Source of the DNA: Candidatus Daviesbacteria bacterium GW2011_GWA1_41_61
Lineage (GTDB): Bacteria > Patescibacteriota > Microgenomatia > Daviesbacterales > UBA10151
Length of the DNA: 64,000 nt
Assembly (NCBI GenBank): GCA_000997385.1
Contig: LCBT01000003.1
Span: 892 to 64,891 of the forward strand
Direction: 5' to 3'
Position 1 is the stretch's first letter, and every line of letters begins with the position of its first letter. A program made the translations under genes and the position numbers. A model generated the notes under the pieces. The model was given only the letters and a program-made list of their open reading frames with translations, was not told the DNA's origin and made no database searches. Below are positions 44,819-54,161 of the stretch, one piece after another.

Positions 44819-45135
44819 TGGATAAACAAAAGGGAATAGCCGGTATTTTAATAATACTGCTGATACTAATAGCCATTGGAGTGGGGGTTTATTTAGTCCA
44901 GCAGAAGACTAACTTTTTACCAATGGCCTTTTTTTCTAAGCAGGAAGCACCTGTTAGGTCAATATCTACCCCAAAACTTGACAAGAGGGTAGTTAAGGTA
45001 ACCCCGGTGCCTACAATTGAGGTTATAAATAATAAAGAAGATTTAACTAGGACCTTGAAAGAAATAGATGAGCTAAGCACTGATGTCATAGATAGCCAGC
45101 TTTCCTCTTCAGACCTTAGCACCGCTGGCATTTAA
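44818..45135 (+). CDS. small bitopic membrane protein
   Basis: TM helix IAGILIILLILIAIGVGVYLV. ATGA overlap with the previous gene. Confidence 0.35.
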   Translation: MDKQKGIAGILIILLILIAIGVGVYLVQQKTNFLPMAFFSKQEAPVRSISTPKLDKRVVKVTPVPTIEVINNKEDLTRTLKEIDELSTDVIDSQLSSSDLSTAGI

Positions 45136-45188
45136 GAGCATTAAAATATTACTTTTCATTTTCCCCTTAAGCTATTACAATACAGAAG

Positions 45189-46463
45189 ATGAGATACTCT
45201 CAAACTTTTCCTAAAACTATAAAACAAGTTCCTGCTGGTGCTGACTCAATAAATCATCAGCTTCTAGTAAGGGGTGGTTATATGGACCAATTAATGGCTG
45301 GTTCCTGGACTCTGTTACCCTTGGGCTGGCGGGTAGTTTCTAAGATAAATGACATTATCCGAGAGGAGCTAAACGTCACCGGAGCTTTGGAGATGCTGAT
45401 GCCTCTTCTTCATCCTCGTGATATTTGGGATCAAACAGGGCGATGGTCTGATCCGGACGTTAAAGAGATTATGTACCAATTTAAAGATATTCGGGGAAAA
45501 GAGTTGGGTTTATCCTTCACTCATGAAGAGATTGTTATGAATTTACTTGGTAAATATATTCATTCTTATAAAGATTTACCAGTAAAGATTTATCATTTTT
45601 CCACCAAATTTAGAAATGAGCCGCGAGCTAAATCGGGAATTTTGCGAGGCAGAGAGTTTTTAATGAAAGATCTTTACAGCGCGCATGTTTCAAAAGAGGA
45701 TCTGCAGCAGTATTTTCAGCAGGTAAAAGAAGCTTATTTGAGAATTTTTAAAAAAATGGAGTTAGAAGCAAGAGTGGTAGATGCTTCAGGTGGGATATTT
45801 ACTGACAGCTTTACCCAGGAGTTTCAAGTAGTTTCTCCGGTTGGTGAAGACAATATATTAATTTGTGAAAGCTGTGATTTTGCAGCCAATATTGAGGTAT
45901 CCCAAGTCAAGGAGGGAGAAAAATGCCCAAGATGTAAAGGTGAGATAAAAATGGTGAATTCCATAGAAGCTGGACATATTTTTACTTTAGGAACTAAGTA
46001 TGCAAAAAACATGGGAGTGTTTTTCTTGGATGAACAAAATAAAAAGCAGGACCTTTGGTTTGGAAGCTATGGCATTGGGGTGAGTAGACTGGTGGGAGTG
46101 TTAGTGGAAATTTTCCATGATGATAAAGGGATTATTTGGCCGGAGAGCGTAGCTCCATATATAATTCATCTAGTTGGTTTGGGGCTAGAAGAACAGGGGG
46201 TCAAAAATAAAGCAGAAGAGGTTTATCAAAAACTGCAAGATAAAGGGGTGGAAGTTTTATATGATGATAGGATTGGAGTCTCGGCAGGAGAAAAATTTGC
46301 TGATGCTGATTTAATTGGTATTCCTTTAAGGGTAGTAGTTTCCAGGAAAACCCATTCGGCAAGCTCAGGGCAGGCTGAAGATAAGTTAGAAATAAAAAGA
46401 AGAGGGGAAGAAAAAGTAGAACTGGTAACTTTAGAAGAATTATTAAAGGAGATAGAAAAATAG
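45189..46463 (+). CDS. proS: prolyl-tRNA synthetase, short form lacking the editing insertion domain
   Basis: MRYSQTFPKTIKQVPAGADSINHQLLVRGGYMDQLMAGSWTLLPLGWRV (class II motif 1 region), motif 2 FRNEPRAKSGILRGREF, motif 3 GSYGIGVSRL and a C-terminal anticodon-binding domain. Confidence 0.85.
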   Translation: MRYSQTFPKTIKQVPAGADSINHQLLVRGGYMDQLMAGSWTLLPLGWRVVSKINDIIREELNVTGALEMLMPLLHPRDIWDQTGRWSDPDVKEIMYQFKDIRGKELGLSFTHEEIVMNLLGKYIHSYKDLPVKIYHFSTKFRNEPRAKSGILRGREFLMKDLYSAHVSKEDLQQYFQQVKEAYLRIFKKMELEARVVDASGGIFTDSFTQEFQVVSPVGEDNILICESCDFAANIEVSQVKEGEKCPRCKGEIKMVNSIEAGHIFTLGTKYAKNMGVFFLDEQNKKQDLWFGSYGIGVSRLVGVLVEIFHDDKGIIWPESVAPYIIHLVGLGLEEQGVKNKAEEVYQKLQDKGVEVLYDDRIGVSAGEKFADADLIGIPLRVVVSRKTHSASSGQAEDKLEIKRRGEEKVELVTLEELLKEIEK

Positions 46464-46508
46464 ATCTGAACCAAATTGATTAGTTAAAAAGTGATTGATC
46501 TTTAAAAT

Positions 46509-46537
46509 TTGTAAATTGTATTATCCTATAATATAAT
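46509..46537 (+). promoter_or_regulatory. putative promoter TTGTAA-17 nt-TATAAT, about 7 nt upstream of ATG 46545 (leaderless-type)
   Basis: Sequence-only prediction in an AT-rich spacer. Confidence 0.25.
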
Positions 46538-46544
46538 ACTGCTT

Positions 46545-47234
46545 ATGAGTTGGGCAGAATATCATCGTTTTGTCAAAAATCCGGTCAGCTTCCAGGACCA
46601 AGAGTTTTATTACCGCCGGGCAATAAGTCATCTTCAAACTTTACTTCCAGGGCTTCTGCCTCAAGGTTGTCCCTCAACTTTTGTTTTAGGAGGCTTTCAT
46701 TCTTTTAAAACAGCAACAGCTTTTAAAAACTTTTGTGCCTCTATTCATCCTAATTCAGAGGATAAACATGTTTTCTTAGATATGAACGAGGCTCCCTTAG
46801 CTTTGCTGGATCCTCAGACTTACCCATATCGAGTTCAAGCCAAGTTAGAGGAAGATCTGTCTTCAGTCATCCCAGGTATTGATTTATTAGCTTTAGACTT
46901 TACTTTAAATTTTATGGACCAACGGCAAATTCGCAGGTTTTCTTCTCATATTGGGTCATCGTTAAACAGAAATGGTCTTATCTTAGCTAGTATCGAACCG
47001 CCAATATTATTTTCGTTTCTCACTGAAAAAATGCGTCGTCTTCAAAATCACGTCTCCTTTCATTTATACTCAATCAAAAGCCTTCAGCGATTGGTTGAGC
47101 CTCATCTAAAAGTAGCCTTAAGTGCGGATTATCGCCTTTACCCGATGAATTTTTTTTCCTTGGTTGCTTTAGTAAGAAGAGATAGTGATTTAGAAGAAGA
47201 TTTACAGCCACCATTTTTTTATGATAGACATTAA
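46545..47234 (+). CDS. hypothetical protein (229 aa)
   Basis: No motif recognised. Lies immediately upstream of the RAYT element. Confidence 0.4.
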   Translation: MSWAEYHRFVKNPVSFQDQEFYYRRAISHLQTLLPGLLPQGCPSTFVLGGFHSFKTATAFKNFCASIHPNSEDKHVFLDMNEAPLALLDPQTYPYRVQAKLEEDLSSVIPGIDLLALDFTLNFMDQRQIRRFSSHIGSSLNRNGLILASIEPPILFSFLTEKMRRLQNHVSFHLYSIKSLQRLVEPHLKVALSADYRLYPMNFFSLVALVRRDSDLEEDLQPPFFYDRH

Positions 47235-47273
47235 ACTTTTCTAAAATACTCCTCATAAAACAGATCGGTAAGC

Positions 47274-48078
47274 GTTACATTGAATCGCTATAGCGATCAG
47301 TTGTAACAAGAAATTCATTATGTTAAGGTGATTATTGTATTGCCACAGTATTGCCACATCGGGTGTGGCAGGTATTGTTAAGATAAAAGAGATGCCTTAC
47401 AGAGTTGTACCATTTGTGGATTTAGATTATTACCACCTTTATAATCGGGGTGTTGAGAAAAGATCAATTTTCTTAAACGATCGGGATTACCAACGTTTTT
47501 TACAGACGGTTTTCTATTATCAATTTAGTGATCTTAAGTTCCGTTTCTCTCGCCGTGATTCACCTTTAAACAAAAATTTTAATAATCACCCTAAATCCGT
47601 AGAGATAATTTGTTATTGTCTAATGCCCAATCATTTTCATCTTCTGGTAAGACAGATGAAGGATGGAGGAATCCATAAATGTATGCAGAGGACCTTGAAT
47701 AGCTATACAAAATATTTTAACACTAAACATAACAGGGTTGGACCTTTGCTTCAGGGAGCTTTTCGGGCTGTTCCTATTGAAACAGACCTTCAATTAATGC
47801 ATATATCCAGGTATATTCACTTAAATCCTTATGTCTCACATCTTGCTGAAGATCTAAAAACTTATCCCTATTCCTCATATCGGGGATTTATTGGGATGGA
47901 GGATGATTTTCTTTTTAACAAGCAACCAGTGATAGATTTTTTTAAGAACACCAGAGATTATAAGGAATTTGTGGTGGGGCACGGAGACTTTGCTAGGGAA
48001 TTGGAGACAATGAAGCATCTCCTTATGGAAGAAGAATAGACTAATAGCCACGCTACATCGCTACATCGGGTGTGGCGA
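47274..48078 (+). mobile_element. IS200/IS605-like or REP-associated tyrosine transposase (RAYT) element with flanking hairpins
   Basis: Left: palindrome GTTACA-ttga-ATCGCTA|TAGCGAT-cagt-TGTAAC (47274-47307), then a duplicated gtattgccaca plus the hairpin TGCCACA-TCGGG-TGTGGCA (47352-47370). Right: a duplicated gctacatc plus the hairpin CGCTACA-TCGGG-TGTGGCG (48059-48077), same orientation and same loop. The boundaries are approximate. Confidence 0.45.
47392..48039 (+). CDS. HUH-superfamily Y1 transposase (IS200-like TnpA / RAYT)
   Basis: HUH motif CYCLMPNHFHLLV (hydrophobic-H-hydrophobic-H-hydrophobic). YHLYNRG near the N-terminus and YIHLNPY (catalytic Tyr region) as in Y1 transposases. 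The ORF-track start at 47335 would place the TCGGG-loop hairpin inside the CDS; ATG 47392 is preferred. Confidence 0.7.
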   Translation: MPYRVVPFVDLDYYHLYNRGVEKRSIFLNDRDYQRFLQTVFYYQFSDLKFRFSRRDSPLNKNFNNHPKSVEIICYCLMPNHFHLLVRQMKDGGIHKCMQRTLNSYTKYFNTKHNRVGPLLQGAFRAVPIETDLQLMHISRYIHLNPYVSHLAEDLKTYPYSSYRGFIGMEDDFLFNKQPVIDFFKNTRDYKEFVVGHGDFARELETMKHLLMEEE

Positions 48079-48144
48079 GACTAAAAAGTTAGATATGGTT
48101 ATCAGGAGTGGTTAGAATGATTAGAGTAGTGTTACAATCAGTCG

Positions 48145-48717
48145 CTATAAGCAAAGCTTTCCTTTTGCTTCGGCCTGCCTGATAACCTCTCTGTTGGCTG
48201 ATCCTGTTGTACTAAGTTGTTTACCTGTTTCTGCTAAAGTGCGTGTGATTCCATCGAGCAATCCAAAACGGAATATTAAAACAAGGGCAGCTTTTTTGGA
48301 GCTGATTTGCATTAGTGCCCCTTCTATGCCTTCCACAATCTCTTCTTCCCTGTTAGGCGGAACTGGCAGTTGGGGAGCGTCATAAACTGCTGCCAATAGG
48401 CGGCTGTGCGGTAATATTAAAATTCCTTCTAAGTAATTTTTTAAATGGTTGATTAAATCAAATTTTAAACCAGATTCTAAAAATTCACTAAAGGAAAGCC
48501 TTAAAACATCGGCGTTTGTAGCAAACTTCGCTTGGATTTTGAGAGGTGGTTTCAACGGTTGCTGAAAAATAGTCTCGGGGCGCAAACGGTCTCCTAAGCT
48601 GGAAATTTGAGAAATAAGGGCATATCCGATACTATCTTGGGGGACCATTTCTTGGAGAGGAATCCATTGAGGGTTATCAGGTGATCTATTCATATACTCA
48701 TAGTATGTTTGAAACAA
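48145..48717 (-). CDS. sigma-70 region 4-like HTH protein lacking recognisable region 2
   Basis: C-terminus KAALVLIFRFGLLDGITRTLAETGKQLSTTGSANREVIRQAEAKG aligns to sigma70 region 4.2 (...LRLRFGL.DG..HTLEEVGKQFGVTRERIRQIEAKA). The N-terminal 120 aa show no match to regions 1.2-2.4. Confidence 0.45.
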   Translation of the reverse strand: MFQTYYEYMNRSPDNPQWIPLQEMVPQDSIGYALISQISSLGDRLRPETIFQQPLKPPLKIQAKFATNADVLRLSFSEFLESGLKFDLINHLKNYLEGILILPHSRLLAAVYDAPQLPVPPNREEEIVEGIEGALMQISSKKAALVLIFRFGLLDGITRTLAETGKQLSTTGSANREVIRQAEAKGKLCL

Positions 48718-48767
48718 AGTTAATAATCAACCTGATTGATTTTCTATCCTATTTCTGGTAAATTACT

Positions 48768-49904
48768 GTGAGTATGGTGATCAAAACGATCAATAAACAA
48801 CCTAAAGCTATTGTTGATATGGAAGTAACAGTCCCTTGGGCTGATATTGCCCCTAAATGGGATGAAATCTTACAGAAATTATCCCAAGATATTGAACTTC
48901 CAGGTTTTAGAAAAGGCCAAGCCCCACTTAATATGGTGGAGCAACAACTGGGCAGTAAGGTTCAGGATGAATTTTTAAAAATAGTGATGCCCCAAGCTTT
49001 GGTAGATGCCCTGCAAGGAACAGATGTAGTCCCTATCGATTACCCTAAATACCAATTAATATCTTTTACCAAAGGCCAGCCTTTAATTTTTAAAGCTACT
49101 ATCACTGAAAGACCTAAAGTAGAGGTGGGAGATTATAAAACTATTTCTGCCCAAAGACCGCCTATTAAGACTGTCACTGATGAGGAAGTTGAAAAAATTG
49201 TGGAAGATCTTTATAAAAGGTGGTCAGCAAAACAGTCGTCAGTAGTCAGCCCCCAGACCTCAGACCAAACAGTTGTCTCTGGTAATGGCTCTCCTTCTAC
49301 CCCTCAAGCTTCTGGTTCAATGTCTTTTAACCAACCTGCTGCTTCGGCAGCACAACCGGCAGCCGATTCATCTTTAATTGGACCGAGTGATACTTTTGCC
49401 CAAGCTATGGGAACTGGTAGTCTGGCAGATCTAAAAACTAAAATTAAAGCTGATTTAGAAAATGAAGCTAAATTTAATAACGAACTGGATTTTGAAGAAG
49501 CTATTTTACAAGAGGTAGAAAAGATTACCACCGTGGATGTCCCCCAGATATTAATTGAGGATGAGCTAAACAGGATGTTGGTCCAGCTGCAGAGAAGAGT
49601 CACCGAGATGGGGCTATTATTTGATGAATACTTAAAGAGCCAGAATGAAACAATGGATTCCTTAAAGGCTAAATGGACTCCCCAGGCTGAGAAAAATGTC
49701 AGGATGGAACTGGGTTTGGCTGAGATAGCCCGGCGTGAAGGAGTGGATATCACTGACCCTGAACTTCAGGCTGAAATTGATAAGATTCAAGATGCCAGGT
49801 TGAAAACTCAATTTGAGCAACAGGAGCCAAGGTTGCACCTTCGCCATTCACTAAGGCAGATTAAGACCCTTGATCTTCTCAAAAAGATGGTCCAAACCAT
49901 TTAA
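48768..49904 (+). CDS. tig: trigger factor
   Basis: The N-terminal ribosome-binding signature LPGFRKGQAPLNMVEQ (GFRxGxxP motif) and an overall three-domain layout. The PPIase region is Ser/Pro/Ala-rich and divergent. Confidence 0.8.
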   Translation: MSMVIKTINKQPKAIVDMEVTVPWADIAPKWDEILQKLSQDIELPGFRKGQAPLNMVEQQLGSKVQDEFLKIVMPQALVDALQGTDVVPIDYPKYQLISFTKGQPLIFKATITERPKVEVGDYKTISAQRPPIKTVTDEEVEKIVEDLYKRWSAKQSSVVSPQTSDQTVVSGNGSPSTPQASGSMSFNQPAASAAQPAADSSLIGPSDTFAQAMGTGSLADLKTKIKADLENEAKFNNELDFEEAILQEVEKITTVDVPQILIEDELNRMLVQLQRRVTEMGLLFDEYLKSQNETMDSLKAKWTPQAEKNVRMELGLAEIARREGVDITDPELQAEIDKIQDARLKTQFEQQEPRLHLRHSLRQIKTLDLLKKMVQTI

Positions 49905-50059
49905 AAAAATTTTCATATAAGGTACAATAGAAAGTAATATCTTATTTTCTTTATGGAAAATAGGAGATATGTAGTGGACAATCTGGCTATGAAGACTAAA
50001 GTAGCAGTTTAAAGACACGTCCAGATAGTCCAAATTAAAAGGAGGTGTCTTTTAAAAAA

Positions 50060-50257
50060 ATGTCTATAGTTATTAAACGCGGTGCTAATGATTCAAACGA
50101 TGCAGTGATTAGAAAATTCCAAAGAAAAGTAGTCATGGAAAATGTCGTCCAGGAATACCGGGACCGGGAGTATCATAAAACTGAGGCCGATAAACGTCAG
50201 GAAAGACGGGCTGCCAGGCTACGTAAAATTATGAAGGTGTCAAGATATAACAGCTAA
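50060..50257 (+). CDS. rpsU: ribosomal protein bS21
   Basis: MSIVIKRGANDSNDAVIRKFQRKV...RQERRAARLRK is a basic C-terminus typical of bS21. A GGAGGTG Shine-Dalgarno sequence lies 12 nt upstream of ATG 50060. Confidence 0.7.
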   Translation: MSIVIKRGANDSNDAVIRKFQRKVVMENVVQEYRDREYHKTEADKRQERRAARLRKIMKVSRYNS

Positions 50258-50700
50258 TGCTAATTGACCATCTGCAGGACGATTTAAGACAAGCTCAGCT
50301 TCAAAGGGATGAAGTGAAAGTTTCAGTGTTAAGAATGCTAATCTCCGAGGTCAAATATGCTCAAATTGCCAAAGGAGAAGAACTTTCTGATCAGGATATA
50401 ATCTCGGTGATTTCCCGTGAGGTTAAAAAAAGGAGAGAGGGGGCAGCAGGTTTCCGTCAGGGAGGCAGGGAGGAAGATGCTCAAAAAGAAGAAGCTGAAG
50501 CTCAAATTTTGCTGTCTTATTTACCATCTCAACTTGCAGATGAGGAGTTGACTAAAATAATAGAAGAAGCTATAAAAAAGGTTGGGGCTTTCTCTGTTGC
50601 TGATATGGGCAAAGTAATGTCTGAGGTAATGGGCAAAACAGCTGGCAGAGCAGAAGGAGCAAGGGTTTCTGCACTGGTAAAAGAGAAGTTGTTAAGCTAA
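50257..50700 (+). CDS. GatB/YqeY-domain protein
   Basis: LKEDLKQAQL-type N-terminus (DDLRQAQLQRDEVKVSVLRMLISEVK) and a C-terminal GatB_Yqey-like helix bundle. Classically follows rpsU. Confidence 0.75.
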   Translation: MLIDHLQDDLRQAQLQRDEVKVSVLRMLISEVKYAQIAKGEELSDQDIISVISREVKKRREGAAGFRQGGREEDAQKEEAEAQILLSYLPSQLADEELTKIIEEAIKKVGAFSVADMGKVMSEVMGKTAGRAEGARVSALVKEKLLS

Positions 50701-50728
50701 TGAACAAGTTTATTGTTTACTCAATAAT

Positions 50729-51142
50729 ATGATTAATATCATTATCACATCTGATCCGAGGTACAGTATCAACCGGACCGTTATTTACACAGCAATCGTT
50801 AATGTCTTAAGGCGGGAGCATGTTTTAGGAAATGTTGAGCTTGAGGTGAGTATAGCAGGCAACAGGAAGATGCACGAGCTTAACAAAAAGTACTGTGGTT
50901 TAGACTATCCGGCTGATATTTTGACTTTTGCCCTGGAAGATCCTCACCCCCAAAATCTGCAACTTTTACCCAGAATGGGGTTTATAGCTGCTCCGGATAA
51001 GATTTTAAGGTTAGGTTCTATTTGTATCTCCTACTCTCAGGCAGTAGAGGATGCCTCTTTAGAAGGAATTTCGGTGGAAGATGAGATAATTTTTTTGGTG
51101 GAATACGGAACTAATCATTTGCTGGGTATACACCATGGATAG
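50729..51142 (+). CDS. ybeY: rRNA maturation endoribonuclease YbeY (metal site partly degenerate)
   Basis: LNKKYCGLDYPADILTFAL (conserved YbeY N-region). The C-terminal IFLVEYGTNHLLGIHHG* corresponds to HGxLHLLGYDH, but its first His is replaced by Tyr and the protein ends right after the motif. 8-nt overlap with dnaX. Confidence 0.6.
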   Translation: MINIIITSDPRYSINRTVIYTAIVNVLRREHVLGNVELEVSIAGNRKMHELNKKYCGLDYPADILTFALEDPHPQNLQLLPRMGFIAAPDKILRLGSICISYSQAVEDASLEGISVEDEIIFLVEYGTNHLLGIHHG

Positions 51143-52781
51143 TGGCAGAGTTCTTTATCGAAAACACCGCCCTCAGAGTTTGGATGAGTTAATTGGCCAA
51201 TCTCTGGTTAAACAATCTCTTAGCTTTGCCATTTCTTCTGGCAAGCTGTCTCACGCTTATTTGTTGTATGGTCCACGGGGAACCGGCAAAACTTCCACCG
51301 CCCGGATTTTGGCCAAGATAGTTAATTGCGAGAGTCAAGAGCCAAATTTACCATGTAATCAATGTTCCTCTTGTCTTTCTATTACTGATGGTTCAAGCTT
51401 GGATGTTATTGAGATGGATGCAGCTTCCAACCGGGGCATTGAGGATATCCGAACACTTCGAGAGAATATCAAACTAGCCCCCTCCTCTTCTAAAAAAAAG
51501 GTTTATATTATTGATGAGGTCCATATGTTGTCCCCTGATGCTTTCAATGCCCTGCTGAAAACTTTAGAAGAGCCTCCTTCCCATGTGATGTTTATTTTGG
51601 CCACGACCGAAATTCAGAAGATCCCCCAAACTATTTTATCGCGGGTCCAAAGGTTAGATTTTAAATTAGCTTTAGTGGAAGAACTGGTTGAAGCCTTAAG
51701 TAAGGTGGCGGAAAAAGAGAAGATTGATATTGACTCTGAAGCGCTTTTGTTGGTAGCTAAAAAAGCCGGGGGAAGTTTTAGGGATGGAATTAAATTTTTA
51801 GATCAACTCTCTTCTTATGGGAAGATTGATCCTGCTGTAGTGGAGGAAGTTTTGGGGGCAGGAACTTTTACAGCTTTGGTAGAACTTCTCCAGTATATTG
51901 TCTTAAAAGATAGCCCAAAAAGTTTACAAAGTTTGATAGATCAGTTCAGTAGCGGGAATAATGTTAAAGAGCTGACTGTTTCTTTGTTGGACATTTTAAG
52001 GCAGTTGCTGTTTATTAAAAATAAGATGGGGGAAACTTTAGTTAAACCAGAGGTTGGTGAAGAAAAGTACCCTCATCTGCAGGATTTAGCTTCTAAATTT
52101 GATTTAGAAGATCTACTTTTTACTATTGATGTTTTTCACAAAAGTCTGGAACAGGGCAGGTTTGTCACCATTGCTACTTTGCCGCTGGAGGTGGCAGTGG
52201 TGGAGAGCTGCCAAAGAGGAAACAGTAAGTTAGAAGTAAAAAGTGAAAAAGTCAAAACAGATGCAAGTGCTAAAAGATTTAATGACGACCAAAAAGATGA
52301 AGGGATAAAAATTGCTCAAGTTCATCAAAAGAAAGAGGGTGAGTGTGTAGAGCTGCCGCCACAGGTGGGAGTGTTTTTAAATGAGGCTTCTGGTGAGGAG
52401 TCCCATAAGGCAGAAAGTGCAAGCTCTCCTTTGGATATTCAAAAGATTGCGGAAAAATGGAGCTATATTTTAGAGACAGTCAGACAGGATAATTATTCTT
52501 TGGAAGCCTTACTGCGGTCATCAAAGATAATTCATTGCGATGAGGTAGGGGTGATTTTTGAGGTGCCTTATACTTTTCATCAGCGGATCTTGGAAGCTCC
52601 CAAATCCAGGGACTTGGTGGAGTCAATATTAAGTGACATTTTGGCAAGACCGGTCAAGATTTCCACTGCCTTAGCTAAGAAAAAAGTGGAAAGAGAAGAG
52701 TTGGCCAATGTGGAGGTAGCAGCTGATGATGAGATTATAAGAATTGCTTCCGAGATCTTCAATTCAGAGACAGTTAACTAG
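51135..52781 (+). CDS. dnaX: DNA polymerase III subunit gamma/tau
   Basis: YRKHRPQSLDELIGQ, Walker A GPRGTGKTSTARILAK, zinc module C-x-x-C ... C-x-x-C (CESQEPNLPCNQCSSC) and an SRC motif region. Confidence 0.85.
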   Translation: MDSGRVLYRKHRPQSLDELIGQSLVKQSLSFAISSGKLSHAYLLYGPRGTGKTSTARILAKIVNCESQEPNLPCNQCSSCLSITDGSSLDVIEMDAASNRGIEDIRTLRENIKLAPSSSKKKVYIIDEVHMLSPDAFNALLKTLEEPPSHVMFILATTEIQKIPQTILSRVQRLDFKLALVEELVEALSKVAEKEKIDIDSEALLLVAKKAGGSFRDGIKFLDQLSSYGKIDPAVVEEVLGAGTFTALVELLQYIVLKDSPKSLQSLIDQFSSGNNVKELTVSLLDILRQLLFIKNKMGETLVKPEVGEEKYPHLQDLASKFDLEDLLFTIDVFHKSLEQGRFVTIATLPLEVAVVESCQRGNSKLEVKSEKVKTDASAKRFNDDQKDEGIKIAQVHQKKEGECVELPPQVGVFLNEASGEESHKAESASSPLDIQKIAEKWSYILETVRQDNYSLEALLRSSKIIHCDEVGVIFEVPYTFHQRILEAPKSRDLVESILSDILARPVKISTALAKKKVEREELANVEVAADDEIIRIASEIFNSETVN

Positions 52782-52835
52782 GAATATTATTTTACTGTAT
52801 TGACTGTGGACTATCAATAATATTAATCTAGGCTC

Positions 52836-54128
52836 ATGTCTTCAAAGGTTTTTAAATTGATTGAAAAGGAAAAGAAACGCCAGCTGATAGGGCTGGAGAT
52901 GATCCCTTCGGAAAATTATGTTTCCTCTGATGTTCTAAAAGCTTTAGGATCAATTTTAACTAACAAATATTCTGAAGGTTTTCCTAAAGCCCGGTATTAT
53001 GGTGGGAATGAAGTGATTGATAAGTTAGAGATCTATGCTCAAAACCTGGCCAATAAGTTATTTGGCACCAAGTATGCTTTTGTCCAACCTTACTCCGGTT
53101 CCCCGGCTAATTTTGCTGCCACTATGGCTGTCTGTGATCCCGGTGATGTAGTAATGGGACTGGCCTTATCTTCAGGAGGACACCTAACTCATGGGGCTAA
53201 CCTTTCTTTTTCCAGTATTTTTTATAAAGCTGTTAACTACACTGTAGGCAAGGACTGGAAAATAAATTTTGAAGAGCTGGAAGACTTAGCAAAAAAACAC
53301 AAACCAAAGCTTATTTGGGCAGGTACCACCGCTTATCCTTTTAAGCTGGATTACTCCAAGTTTAGAAAAATTGCTGATGAAGTTGGGGCATGGCTGGTAG
53401 CTGATATCTCTCATATTTCCGGTTTGATTGTGGGAGGAGTCCATCCTTCCCCGGTCAAGTATGTAGATTTAATTACTACCACTACTCATAAAACTTTAAG
53501 GGGACCTAGAGGAGCGATGATTTTGGTAACTGACAGAGGTTATAAAAAAGATCCGGAGATCAAAGGGAAGATTGAGAAGGCTATTATTCCAGGACTACAG
53601 GGAGGGCCACATAATCATCAAACAGCAGCTATTGCTGTAGCTTTGGAAGAAGCTTTAAAACCAAGTTTTAAAAGATATGCTAAACAGGTAGTGAAAAATG
53701 CTGCTGTTTTGGCTGCAGAGCTAGGCAGTAAATCAGAAAATCATCTTATTTTATTATCCTTGGAAAGTTATGGATATGGTATGGGTTATCAGGGTCAGGT
53801 AGCTTTAGAGGCAGCGGGAATTACAATTAATAAAAATACTATTCCAGGGGAACCAGTTTCCCCTTTCTATCCTTCAGGGATAAGATTAGGCACTCCGGCT
53901 TTAACTTCCAGAGGGATGAAGGAAAAGGAAATGGTAAAAATTGCCGGTTGGATCAAAGAAGTTTTGGAAGAAATCAGAGGTTTGGATTTACCAAAAGAAC
54001 AGGAACTCCGAAAAGAGTTTATTAAGAGTGTAAAAGTTAAGATGAAGAAAAATCCTAAACTAAAGAAAATCAGACAAGAAATTGCTAAATTTGCCTCCAA
54101 ATATCCAGTGCCTGGAATTGACTCCTAA
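52836..54128 (+). CDS. glyA: serine hydroxymethyltransferase
   Basis: LIPSENYVS, GGHLTHG and the PLP-lysine motif TTTTHKTLRGPRG. Confidence 0.9.
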   Translation: MSSKVFKLIEKEKKRQLIGLEMIPSENYVSSDVLKALGSILTNKYSEGFPKARYYGGNEVIDKLEIYAQNLANKLFGTKYAFVQPYSGSPANFAATMAVCDPGDVVMGLALSSGGHLTHGANLSFSSIFYKAVNYTVGKDWKINFEELEDLAKKHKPKLIWAGTTAYPFKLDYSKFRKIADEVGAWLVADISHISGLIVGGVHPSPVKYVDLITTTTHKTLRGPRGAMILVTDRGYKKDPEIKGKIEKAIIPGLQGGPHNHQTAAIAVALEEALKPSFKRYAKQVVKNAAVLAAELGSKSENHLILLSLESYGYGMGYQGQVALEAAGITINKNTIPGEPVSPFYPSGIRLGTPALTSRGMKEKEMVKIAGWIKEVLEEIRGLDLPKEQELRKEFIKSVKVKMKKNPKLKKIRQEIAKFASKYPVPGIDS

Positions 54129-54161
54129 AATGAATATTTTTTAGATATAATATTTATCCTT

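Noticed and set aside
46545-47234. 229-aa protein as a degenerate SAM methyltransferase (VFLDMNEAP resembles motif I)
   Set aside because: Only one weak motif-like segment, with no motif II or post-I acidic residue pattern. Kept as hypothetical.
48066-48144. Hairpin AAGCAAA-gctttcct-TTTGCTT as a terminator for the sigma-like gene or RAYT
   Set aside because: No U-run on either strand, and its position relative to either gene end is not typical. Left unannotated.
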